64,000 bases of DNA from Octopus sinensis. Lineage: Eukaryota. Of this stretch, positions 1 to 10,790 are shown one piece after another. Position 1 is the first letter of the stretch. The number at the start of each line of letters is the position of its first letter. Both the position numbers and the translations under genes were made by a program. Below the pieces are notes generated by a model. That model was given only the letters and a program-made list of their open reading frames with translations, did no database searches and was not told the origin of the DNA. Location of the stretch: positions 1-64,000 of the forward strand of contig NW_021834205.1 of the NCBI RefSeq assembly GCF_006345805.1, read 5' to 3'.

Positions 1-50
1 GCTGAGCGGCATTTCGCCCGGCGCCAACAATTCTGCTAGCTTGCCGCCTT
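1..50 (-). mobile_element. SINE family B, tRNA-like head only (cut by window edge)
   Basis: Reverse complement of the AAGGCGGCGAGCTGGCAGAA..GGGCGAAATGC head seen in the full copies. Confidence 0.7.
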
Positions 51-217
51 ATTAAAATTAAGACACAATATACCGTCCATTGCAGGAATTTGTAATCAAT
101 GACCGTATGATCGTGAGACGAACAACCCGAGCCACCAGACGATGAGTTTTTACAAAGTGTGTGATGTAAATATTTGATATTCTCCCTATATAAACTGTTT
201 ATTTATGCGCCATTTTC

Positions 218-500
218 AAGCCTAGCCAGGCTCATGGGCCCGGTTTCTCGGTTTCCGTGGCGTATGTGCTCCCCCCAGCTGGATGCGACACCAGTCCATC
301 TTCCAAGAAACAGGAAGAAAGAGCGAGAAAAAGTTTGTGCGAAAGACTACAACAGGGGTCGCCACCACTCCCTGCCGCAGCCTCGTGGAGTTTTAGGTGT
401 TTTCGCCCAATAAACACACACAACGCCCGGTCTGGGAATCAAAACTGCGTTCCTCCGACCGCGAGTCCGCTGCCCTAACCACTGGGCCATTGCGCACCCC
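218..500 (-). mobile_element. SINE family C head/body joined to a family-E-like tail
   Basis: 303-500 matches the tRNA-like head (GCGCAATGGCCCAGTGGTTAGGGCAGCGGACTCGCGG..GATTCCCAGACCGGGCG). 218-300 resembles the GACGGACTGGTGTCC..GAAACTGGCCC tail at about 56350-56410. Confidence 0.8.
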
Positions 501-1074
501 ACTATATAAACTCTAGTTTAACCATAATCTAATGCAATCCAAGGAAGTAGAAATACCAAGTCATGAACTGAAATGGATAGGAAAAGCAGAGGGAGAGTCT
601 AACATCATTTCAAGTCAGTGTTGTTAAAACTAATATTATTAGAATGCGCCGCAGGATGAAATGATCTTATGTAAATAAAGCCGTGACGTACAACTAATTG
701 CAGTCAACAAGGTTACTAATATATGAAAACATTGGATTAATTTGTATAGTTATGTGAAAACGGGTAAATGAATAGTAAAAACATTGTTAGTGTATAGGGA
801 ATGGATTGAATGTGAAATAAATAGCTAAATTGGTCGGAAGAAAACACAGAAAGAGAAGATAGAATTAAGCATCCGTCAAAATGCACAGTAATTAATGCAG
901 AGAATTGCTCGGATTTGGTCGTTGGTCAGCAAATGTATTTTATTGTTGTTAGGGAGTTGCTGGTCAATTCCGATGGAGCGGGTTTATGATTAAAGATGAG
1001 CCGTGGCCTATATCTATCAAAACATATAATGAACCTACCCTCTCATATCCAATGTCTTCTTTTGAAAGACAACT

Positions 1075-1395
1075 CAAGTAATTTAGAATAATTTAATTAG
1101 GGAAAGGTGAATTCGAAGTCTTACAGCCGTTTCTGGGATAACACAAACGGTACGTTAGTGTGTCCACGCACTGGGTATGCCGTCATCAGAGACAAAGCAT
1201 GAATATTTTAGACAGAGAAAGCTTACAGTTTACAAGGAACAAAATTCATAGTTTATAAGGAATAAAATAGCAGAATAAAGGAGTAAACAGAAGAAGAAAG
1301 AGTAAAAGCAGTTAGAAGACTACAGGCAGCAGAATAATGTTCACAATTCATCTTTTTCCAGAGGATTTGGATGTTGATTGGTACTTCTATGAAGA
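1075..1395 (-). mobile_element. Inverted copy of a Penelope-like pLTR/3' segment
   Basis: Reverse complement aligns with high similarity to 4145-4442 (AACATCCAAATCCTCTGGAAAAAGATGAATTGTGAAC ... AAATTAT.CTAAAT.ACTTGAG) and carries the HHR motif. Confidence 0.85.
1118..1198 (-). ncRNA. Type I hammerhead-like motif (PLE-associated)
   Basis: GTCT-CTGATGA-[long stem II]-GAAA-CGGCTG-T-A-AGAC. Helix I is GTCT/AGAC. Helix III is a near-palindrome (ACGGCTGT). Confidence 0.7.
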
Positions 1396-1806
1396 ACCGA
1401 TATTGATGGCATACACCATACCCGCAACTCTAGCACTAACAACCAGAATTAACCAAGATACAAACATCTCGAAATGAAGACGGAAATGTAACTGAGGCGA
1501 ATGTTGATATTAATAGCACCAGCACTAATACTAATATTAATAACTCTAAGACGATTACTACCACTACTACTAATACTACTAATATTATTAACATTAATAA
1601 TTATAATAATACCATCAGTACTACTACTAATAATAATAGTAATGATGATAATAATAATAATACAAACCAATCCTCAAACATTTGATTTTAACTTCTTCAT
1701 TAATAATACTACATCTTGCCTTTCCACTAATAACACTCGTAGGACTGATAGCTGCAACTGCCGATCCACGCCGAAATGCCCATTGCGAACCCACTGTAGT
1801 AGGTTT

Positions 1807-2192
1807 GGACTGGAAGCACTCCGTCGGTTACGACGATGAGGGTTCCGGTTATCCGATCAACGGAACAGCCTGCTCGTGAAATTAACGTGTAAGTGGCTGA
1901 GCACTCCACAGACACGTGTACCCTTAACGTAGTTCTCGGGGATATTCAGCGTGACACAGAGAGTGACAAGGCCGGCCCTTTGAAATACAGGTACAACAGA
2001 AACAGGAAGTAAGAATGAGAGAAAGTTGTGGTGAAAGAGTACAACAGGGGTCGCCACCACCCCCTGCCGGAGCCTCGTGGAGCTTTAGGTGTTTTCGCTC
2101 AATAAACACTCACAACGCCCGGTCTGGGAATCGAAATCGCGATCCCACGACCGCGAGTCCGCTGCCCTAACCACTTGTCCATTGCGCCTCCA
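1807..2192 (-). mobile_element. SINE family C, full-length with long tail
   Basis: tRNA-like head at 2120-2192. Perfect 16-bp direct repeat CCACTGTAGTAGGTTT at 1791-1806 and 2190-2205 (TSD). Confidence 0.92.
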
Positions 2193-2542
2193 CTGTAGTA
2201 GGTTTAACGAAGTATACAAATGCATGGTCCACAACATATTGCATAATTCTACTAACTGCTACATCGAGTGTACTATTAATTTTAAACAGATATTAAGTGT
2301 ATATATTTAAGTATGAAGAGCATAGCAAAGCTATCTCCCTAGCCAACTATATATACCATCTAATAAATAGAAAGGTACCATATAGGATATCATGGGCCAT
2401 AATAGATTCCAGGGTCCATTACCAAGGCCAATGATCCACTTGTGAACTATGCCTCAAAGAAGCCTCCCTAATATTAATGGATAATTCATCGCAATTATTA
2501 AAATAAACAACACGGAGCTTTTTCTACATGTTGTCATAAGTT

Positions 2543-3104
2543 CTTATTTCTTTATTGCCCACAAGGAGCTAAACATAGAGGGGACAAACAAGGACAGACA
2601 AAGAGATTAAGTACTTAATTTATCGACCCCGAGAGGATGAAAGGGGAAGTCGACCTCGGAAGGAATTTGAACTCAGAACCTAGCGCAGACGAAATACCTA
2701 TTTCTTTACCACCCACAAGGGGCTAACCAGAGAGGACAAACAAGGACAGACAAACGGAGAAAGTCGATTAACGCCCCTATGCGTACTGGTACTTATTTAA
2801 TCGACGAAAGGATGAAAGCCAAAGTCGACCTGGCGGAATTTGAACTCAGAACCTAGCGCAGACGAAATACCTATTTCTTTACCACCCACAAGGGGCTAAA
2901 CACAGAGAGGACAAACAAGGACAGACAAACGGATAAAGTCGATTATATCGACCCCTATGCGTAACTGGTACTTATTTAATCGACCCCGAAAGGATGAACG
3001 GCAAAGTCGACCTCGGTGGAATTTGAACTCAGAACCTAGCGGCAGACGAAATACCGTTAAGCATTTCGACCGGCGTGCTAACGATTCTGCCAGCTCACCG
3101 CCTT
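2543..3104 (-). mobile_element. SINE family B trimer
   Basis: One full head plus two further internal units. TSD ATGTTGTCA(T/G)AAGTT at 2528-2542 and 3105-3119. Confidence 0.92.
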
Positions 3105-3479
3105 ATGTTGTCAGAAGTTTTATAACATTTTAAAATTATTCTATAGGTTCAAATGCAAACAAAATCAACATGCATAACACATCCATCCGTGGTCGTTACA
3201 ACATATATATATATCTATATCTATATCTATATTATATATATATATATATATTTACACACATATATATATATATGTGTGTGTATGTGTATATATGTATATA
3301 TATATGTGTGTGTATGTGTATATATGTATATATATATATGTGTGTATGTGTATGTATATATATATATATATGTATGTATATATGTGCACTTATGTGTGTG
3401 TGTGTGTATGTGTATGTGTGTGTGCGTGTACACTTTCTTCCTCTACCTCTCTACCTCTCTATCAACATAAACATCTTAG

Positions 3480-4442
3480 AAGCCAGCGAGTTTCAATTCA
3501 GTGATTCTTACTTTTCGCAGTTTTTAGATTTTATTTTTCTTGGCTTGTAATTTTAGATTTTAATTTTTAAGTTTTAATTTTAATTTTATGTTTTAACTTT
3601 AATTCTGAATCCTTTATCTCGTATCATTTAATTGCTATTAAGCTTGAAATATATTTTTAAAGATCCATTCTAACCATTATACTATTGTTCTTTGAAACCT
3701 TACCTAGATTGGCCTTCCACATCCATTTTACTGAAACTTTAGCTTTTGACCTCTCACCTACCCACTCCAGATGCAATATTGACATATCTCTATAATTACC
3801 TTTACAATTATTTTTATCGTTATTTTTATTCTTATTTTACCCTTTTACCCCTGTCTTAATTTTAATTTCACTCCTTTATCCTCTCTCTTCTTCCTCTCTC
3901 TCTCTCACACACACGCGCACAAAACTCATTTGTGATATCTCTATCATTGTACCTTTATTTTTTATTCTTATTTTTACCCCTTTACCCCCATCTCTCAATT
4001 TATACTCTCTCCCTTAGACACACCCACTCACAAGACCCGTTTATTTTCTCGCTCTATATACACATTTACAATTATGAATACACCATTCAAAATACTGCCA
4101 AAATATCGCCTGGACTTACCTAGGATCTTAACTAAGGATCTGTACCTTCATGGAAGTACCGACCAACATCCAAATCCTCTGGAAAAAGATGAATTGTGAA
4201 CATTATTCTGCTGCCTGTAGTCTTCTAACTGCCTTTGCTTCTATTCTTCTATTTACTCCTTTATTCTGCTATTTTATTCCTTGTAAACTGTAAGCTTTCT
4301 CTGTCTAAAATATTCTTGCTTTGTCTCTGACGACGGCACACCCAGTGCGTGGATATATTAACCTACCACTTGGGTCATACCAGAAACGGCCGTAAGACTG
4401 CAAAGTCATCTTACTCTAGCTAAATTATCCTAAATGACTTGA
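3480..4442 (+). mobile_element. PLE 3' UTR / pLTR region
   Basis: Pyrimidine-rich tract downstream of the GIY-YIG relic. 4145-4442 is duplicated in inverted form at 1075-1395 and ends in the HHR. Confidence 0.65.
4318..4405 (+). ncRNA. Type I hammerhead-like motif with palindromic helix III
   Basis: CTTTGTCT-CTGACGA(4327-4333)-stem II-GAAA(4383-4386)-CGGCCG-T-A-AGACTGCAAAG. ACGGCCGT is a perfect palindrome and the cleavage triplet is GUA. Confidence 0.75.
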
Positions 4443-4554
4443 GATACTCGTTCTGCCTGGGTTTTGATTTTTTTTCCTCTAACATATATATATATATATA
4501 TATATATAATTATATTATATATATATTATATATATATATAAGAGAGAGAGAGAG

Positions 4555-4600
<46 letters not shown>

Positions 4601-4845
4601 CTAGATAGATAGATAGATATAGATAGATAGATAGATAGATGCACACGCGCACACATTCACACACATATATATATTTATATATATTTTTTAAATCTCAGGG
4701 AATAATAAGTATTCCAGGTTATCAGGACATTTACTATTTTACACTTTTGAATGTAAACAGTTTCATTTAAAATATTAATAATTTGGGGTTTTACCAATAG
4801 AACCGTAACTCTAGCGTTGATTAGAAATACCTTCTTTCCGCACAG

Positions 4846-4856
4846 ACTAATAACAG
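4846..4856 (+). CDS. Candidate 11-nt micro-exon (TNN+ag)
   Basis: ccttctttccgcacag|ACTAATAACAG|gtaagt. Consensus acceptor and donor only. Confidence 0.2.
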
Positions 4857-5064
4857 GTAAGTTATATATATTTCTTCAAATAACTTTATTGTATTTTAAA
4901 GTAGGTTTTCTAAATGCTTATATTATTTTATTGGATATAACTTTCTATGTATATTCCATACAATAAGGTTATCCTGAAATAGGAGTTGTGGTTCGATTGG
5001 TAAACTCCCAAATTTGTTATAATATTATATATATATATATAAATTTGTAATAATATTATATATA

Positions 5065-5437
5065 GGCGCAGGAGTGGCTGTGTGGTGAGTAGCTTGCTTA
5101 CCAACCACATGGTTCTGGATTCAGTCCCACTGCGTGGCACCTTGGGCAAGTGTCTTCTACTATAGCTTCTGTGAGTGGATTTGGTAAACGGAAACTGAAA
5201 GAAGCCCGTCGTATATATGTATATGTGTGTGTGTGTGCGTGTTTGTGTGTATGTGTTTGACCCCCAACATCCCTTGAAAACAGATGGTGGTGTGTTTACG
5301 TCCCCCGTATCTTAGCGATTCGACAAAAGAGATCGATAGGCTTCCAAAGAATGAGTCCTGGGGTCGATTTGCTCGACTGAAGGTGGTGCTCCAGCATGGC
5401 TACAATCAAATGAGTGAAACAAGTAAAAGAGTAAGAG
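5065..5437 (+). mobile_element. SINE family A (tRNA head, internal TA/TG microsatellite, AAAAGAGT tail), with internal deletions
   Basis: GGCGCAGGAGTGGCTGTGTGG..GGATTCAGTCCC head; CCAGCATGGC..TGAAACAAGTAAAAGAG end. Confidence 0.9.
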
Positions 5438-5750
5438 TATACACACATGCATGTGTGTGTGTGTGTGTTGTGTGTGTGTGTTGTGCGCGTATTGCACCGT
5501 CCCTATCGTTTCCTCTGCTCTTCATCTCTTCGTTTTCCTTTCAAATATATTCCTTCCTTTTCCCCACCTCTCCTTCTTCGCGCTTTTTTTGCACCTGTTT
5601 TCCCAACTCTTTCTCCTGCTGAACTCGTTCTTGCATCCTTTCCTTCCTCCTTATTTCGACTTGGTTTTCCATTTTTTTACCTTTCACCTGTTTTGTTGTA
5701 TTTTTTTCCAGTGACTATTTTTCTTCCGTATTCCACTTATCCTTCCCTCT

Positions 5751-5789
5751 TTCCTTCTGATGAAGAACGAACATCTGAAATGTTTAAGG
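5751..5789 (+). ncRNA. Minimal hammerhead-like relic
   Basis: CCTT-CTGATGA-AGA acgaaca TCT-GAAA-TGTTT-AAGG. Helix I is CCTT/AAGG. AAATGTTT is one transition away from the palindrome AAACGTTT. Confidence 0.5.
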
Positions 5790-6052
5790 TATTTGCTGTC
5801 TCTTTCAGACTTAAATTAACACCAGGTTTGTTAAGATTTGTTTCTTCTGTGCCGTCGCTTTTATTGTTTATTGTATTTACACTATATTTGTGTGTGTGAG
5901 TGTGTGTATGTATGTGTATAGTATATAGTATGTTTGTATGCATGTTTTCTCTGTGTTTATGTATCTGTGTGTATGAATATATATACTTACGTACATATAT
6001 ACACATACATATATGAATATATATATAAATATATATTTGTGTATATATATAT

Positions 6053-6230
6053 ACTCTCTTTTACTCTTTTACTTGTTTCAGTCATTTGACTGCGGCCATG
6101 CTGGAGCACCGCTTTTAGTCGAGCAAATCGACCCCGGGACTTATTCTTTGTAAGCCCAGTACTTATTATATCGGTCTCTTTTGCCGAACCGCTAAGTGAC
6201 GGGGACGTAAACACACCAGCATCGGTTGTC
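6053..6230 (-). mobile_element. SINE family A, 3' half
   Basis: CTCTTTTACTTGTTTCAGTCATTTGACTGCGGCCATGCTGGAGCACC.. matches the reverse complement of the family A tail. Confidence 0.9.
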
Positions 6231-6242
6231 ATAAGATAGATT

Positions 6243-6314
<72 letters not shown>

Positions 6315-6339
6315 AAAATAGATAGATAGACAGGCAGAT

Positions 6340-6504
6340 CTGAGTTCAAATTCCGCCTAGGTCGACTTTGCCTTTTATCCTTTCGGGGTCGATAAATTAA
6401 GTACACGTTACGCACTGGAGTCGATCTAATCGAATTAATCCGTTTGTCTGTCCTTGTTTGTCCCCTCTATGTTTAGCCCCTTGTGGGTAGTAAAGAAACA
6501 GGAA
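6340..6504 (+). mobile_element. SINE family B, 5'-truncated
   Basis: TCTGAGTTCAAATTCCGCC..GTCGACTTTGCCTTTTATCC..AGTAAAGAAA. Confidence 0.9.
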
Positions 6505-6638
6505 ACTCGTTTATTTCTGCACCAAATGAAGAAAAGAGTACTTGCAGAAAGATGCTCACCTATGCAGTTTGTTCGTGTGCGTGTGAGTGTGTGAAAAAGC
6601 GTGTGCATGTGTGTGACGCTGTGTGTGTGTGTGTGTGT

Positions 6639-6679
<41 letters not shown>

Positions 6680-7724
6680 GTGTGTGCGTGTGTGTGTGCA
6701 CGTGTTGGTGAAGTTCTGCAGAAGGCGATATTTTTCTCTCAGTTGCTGAAAACCCAACTACAAATGAATATGTTGTAAGACATTTGTTCGTATGTATACA
6801 AGAAACTCTTTCTCACATTTGTTTACCAACGTCCTTGTAAAAACGGGAATATATTAGAATGACCTTTGTCGAGGATTATTATCCACCGAACAACAATATG
6901 TCGGATTATTCATCATCAGAATAGAAATTAAATGATATACGCAAACAAACAGAACATTATTGCTACGATACTTGCGGTTATGGCAAAACATAGTATTAAT
7001 GAAATCAAGCAAACTATACTGACATCATTATTAAGTACAGAAGAAGTACAAGACGAAGGGAAGAGAAAAAAAATCCCTTTATATTCTCATAAATATATCG
7101 ATCACATCTAACCGAAATTGTGCACGTCAGCAGGCAGAAACGCAGAAAAAAATGGTAGTGAATGCAACAAGGTTGATGGAATTGAAAACAGGATGATGCG
7201 AGGAATAAAAATGAGCAAGAGATAGTAGCAATAATAATTAACACACTAGATGTGAAAAGAAGCAAACAAGAGGAAGAAGATGCAAAAGAATGATGCTAGG
7301 GTTCAGAACGTTGAACATGTTTAAAAATAATAATGAATAAATAAAAGAATGAGGAAAACTAGGAGAGCAATGAAGACTCGAGGGCGGTGGAGGAGAGAGA
7401 GAGGGGAGATAGAGGGGAGAGTGAGTGAGGGAGAGTGAGAGAGAGAGAAAGAGAGAGTTTGTTCTAGAAGCTGAACAACAAACAGGGTAGGAATTAATAT
7501 CAATAAGCAAAACAAGAATTAAGAGCATAAACCAGGAATAAAAACAAAAAAAAAACAAGAACAACTGAATATTCAGCAGATTAAACAAGAGCAGAAAGAC
7601 GAAAAAAACAAAATTAAGGAAAAAAAACATGGCCGCACACACCTGAGAAACATGGGAGCTGGAAGTGTTATTCCAGGATTATCTGTATGAGATTGGGGAA
7701 GCAACATCAACACAAGCAACATCA

Positions 7725-7754
7725 GTAATAATAATGATGATGATAATGATAATA

Positions 7755-7828
<74 letters not shown>

Positions 7829-7864
7829 TATGATAATGATAATAATAATAATAATAACAATAAC

Positions 7865-7940
<76 letters not shown>
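7725..7940. repeat. (TAA)n microsatellite
   Basis: Direct reading; source of the poly-I/L ORF artefacts. Confidence 0.95.
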
Positions 7941-8371
7941 GAATCTTGCATAGAACTGTTGAAAACATGAAGATAATGATAATGGTGATAATGTTAAGAA
8001 AATTTAGAGAGAAATGGAAAAGAGGTGGGGTGAATTTTGTTTTTCTTTTTTTAAATGTCATGCTAAATACAAATAAATCCTTAGGCTTGTAGAGCTAATT
8101 AAATGTCTTAATGAAAGGAAGTGAAAAACAACGTCATTAACACCGACGGCAACAGTAATAACGATAACAATCTATGTGAGTTGGGTTGGTATAGATTGCC
8201 TAAAAATTGCCGAATGGGGAGCTGTAAGCCAATACAGATACCGCGAATATCAACAATAAGACCAACAACGGAGACAAGCAAGAGTAACTGTGATAACAAC
8301 AGCAACAACAACCACACCAACAGCAAGGGTGACGAGAAATATGCCAACGATGATATCATCGTCAACAACAA

Positions 8372-8602
8372 GGCGGCGAGCTGGCAGCAGTGTTAGCGCG
8401 CCGGGCGAAGTACTTTGCGGTATTTCGTCTGCCGCTACGTTCTGAGTTCAAATTCCGCCGAGGTCGACTTTGCCTTTCATCCTTTCGGGGTCGATAAATT
8501 AAGTACCATTTACGCACTGGGGTCGATGTAATCGAATTAATCCGTCTGTCTGTCCTTGTTTGTCCCCTCTGTGTTTAACCCCTTGTAGGTAGTAAAGAAA
8601 TA
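8372..8602 (+). mobile_element. SINE family B monomer
   Basis: Full head with A-box-like TGGCAG..TTAG and B-box GAGTTCAAATTCC, core, and long tail. Confidence 0.92.
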
Positions 8603-8657
8603 TATCATCATCAACAAAACAGCAATAACCACCATTACTAGAGGGGCAATTTCAAGT

Positions 8658-8851
8658 GGAGGCGCAATGGCCCAGTGGTTAGGGCAGCGGACTCGCGGTC
8701 GAAGGATCGCGGTTTCGATTCCCAGACCGGGCGATGTGTGTGTTTATTGAGCGAAAACACTTAAAGCTCCACGAGGCTCCGGCAGGGGTGGTGGAGACCC
8801 CTGTTGTACTCTTTCGCTCCAACTTTCTGTCACTCTTTCTTCCTGTTTCTT
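8658..8851 (+). mobile_element. SINE family C head/body
   Basis: GGAGGCGCAATGGCCCAGTGGTTAGGGCAGCGGACTCGCGGTCG..GGTTTCGATTCCC. Followed by a tail different from the other copies. Confidence 0.9.
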
Positions 8852-9040
8852 GTCCCCGACTTCCTACGCAACCTGGATGCGCATTCATCCATCCGTCCAT
8901 GCTCTCGGTGTCGGGGGTTGGCCTGCTTTCTCTTCTGCGGGTCTTACGAATAGCAAAGGACTACGTTTCGGACTTCTCCCACTACAGAGGCGCGATCTTG
9001 CGAGTTCTGACGCGAAGACCACTTCGCTAAACAAACAGAG

Positions 9041-9492
9041 CAACATCAATGGCCAATGGGGGTGCCTCTGCCGAGTTTCTTAAACTACTAAAAACAACAG
9101 CCAATGATTCCTCGTATCACACTGTTGTCTTTAAAAAAACAGAAGAAACATTTGATAACGTAGTTCTGGATCCAGTGAAAGATTTGTGCCACTATTACTA
9201 ATGCGACTACCACCGCTACCACAAACACCGCCACCGCCCTTATCTTAACTATTATTCTTCCCGTTGACTCTTATCAACGCTTCGGCCACCAAGGGTAAAG
9301 GGAAATATACCAACGATCACATCATCATCATCATCAACAAAACCAACGATACGAAAGAACAGTAACACCCGTTACTGCATGGCACCTTGGGCAAGTGTCT
9401 TCTACTTCGGCCCGACCAAAGCTTTGTGAGTGGATTTGGGAGACGGAAACTGAAAGAATCCCATCGTATATATGTATATATATATATATATG

Positions 9493-9524
<32 letters not shown>

Positions 9525-9993
9525 TTGTCCCCCCAACATCGCTTGACAACCGATGCTGGTGTGTTTGCGTCCCCGTAACTTAGCAGTTCGGCCAAAGAGA
9601 CCGATAGAATAAGTACTGGGGTCGATTTGCTCGACGAAAAGTGGTGCTCCAGCATGGCCGCAGTCAAATGACTGAAACAAGTAATTGAGTAAAAGAGTGA
9701 AGAAGACCAACATCAATGGCCAAATGAGGGATGCCTCTGCCAGGATTTATTAAACTACTAGAAATAGCAACCAAAGATTCCTCGTATTACACTATGGTCT
9801 TTTGAAAAAGGATGAAAAGTTTGATAACGTGGTTCTGAATTCAGTATAAAACTTGTACCACCATTACTACTGCGACTACCATTACCACCACTCTTACTAC
9901 TGTTGCCATCACCACAACTGCCACAATTACCGCCACCACCCTTATTTTAACTATTATTCTTACCGTTAACTCTTATCAACGCCTCAACCACCA
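9041..9993. repeat. Old local direct duplication (about 250-280 bp; 9041-9290 vs 9710-9993) flanking a SINE A
   Basis: AACATCAATGGCCAA..TGCCTCTGCC..TTTGATAACGT.GTTCTG..AACTATTATTCTT.CCGTT.ACTCTTATCAACGC is present twice. Confidence 0.85.
9377..9696 (+). mobile_element. SINE family A, 5'-truncated
   Basis: GGCACCTTGGGCAAGTGTCTTCTAC..GCAGTCAAATGACTGAAACAAG. Confidence 0.9.
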
Positions 9994-10031
9994 CAACCGC
10001 CTCTATCACCAACATTAACAAAACAATCCGA

Positions 10032-10790
10032 AGGTGGCGAGCTGGCAGAAACGTTAGCACAGCGGGCGAAATGCGTAGCCATATTTCGTTTGCCGTTACG
10101 TTCTGAGTTCAAATTCCGCCGAGGTCGACTTTGCCTTTCATCCTTTTGGGGTCGATAAATCATGTACCAGTTACGCACTGGGGTCGATGTAATCGACTTA
10201 ATCCGTTTGTCTGTCCTTGTTTGTCACCTCTATGTTTAGCCCCTTGTGGGTAGTAAAGAAATAGATATTTCTTCTGCTGCTACGTTCTGAGTTCAAATTC
10301 CGCCGAGGTCGACTTCGCCTTTCATCCTTTCGGGGTCGATTAAATAAATACCAGTTACGCACTGGAGTCGATATAATCGACTTAATACCTATGTCTGTCC
10401 TTGTTTATCCTCCTTGTGTTTAGCTCTTTGTGGGTAGTATGTTCAAATTCCGCTGAGGTCGACTTTGCCTTTCATCCTAAATTAAGTAGCAGTTACGCAC
10501 TGGGGTCGATGTAATCGACTTAATCCGTCTGTCTGCCCTTGTTTGTCCCCTCTATGTTTAGCCTCTTGTGGGCAATAAAGAAATAGGAATCGTTAGCACG
10601 CTGGACGAAATGCCCAGCGGTATTTTGCTAATCGCTACGTTCTGAGTTCAAATTCCGCTGAGGTCGATTTTGCCTTTCATCCTTTCGAGGTCGATAAATT
10701 AAGTGCCAGTGAAACACGGGGGGGGGGGTCGATGTAATCGACAATCCCCCCTCCCCACAAAACCCAAGACTTGTGCCTATAGTAGAAAGG
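10032..10790 (+). mobile_element. SINE family B tetramer
   Basis: Four core units head-to-tail. Perfect 18-bp TSD ATTAACAAAACAATCCGA at 10014-10031 and 10791-10808. Confidence 0.93.

Larger units (their letters stand above)
1726..3135 (+). pseudogene. Penelope-like element ORF relic: C-x-C..CP..C zinc linker plus GIY-YIG endonuclease, split by two SINEs
   Basis: After removing the SINEs it reads CNCRSTPKCPLRTHCSRFNEVYKCMVHNILHNSTNCYIECTINFKQ, then (frameshift) SLANYIYHLINRKVPYRISWAII..*STCELCLKEASLIL..LL. This matches the PLE pattern VYKC..YIG.T..FK.R..W.I..C.LC..EK. Confidence 0.85.

Noticed and set aside
8658-8735. tRNA genes at SINE heads
   Set aside because: A/B boxes are present, but acceptor stems do not close and all continue into SINE bodies
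9004-9030. CTGACGC-GAAG acca CTTC-GCTAAAC
   Set aside because: Both core segments deviate and there is no helix I or III
10032-10790. CRISPR-like array
   Set aside because: Units are long SINE modules without unique spacers; eukaryotic context with no cas genes
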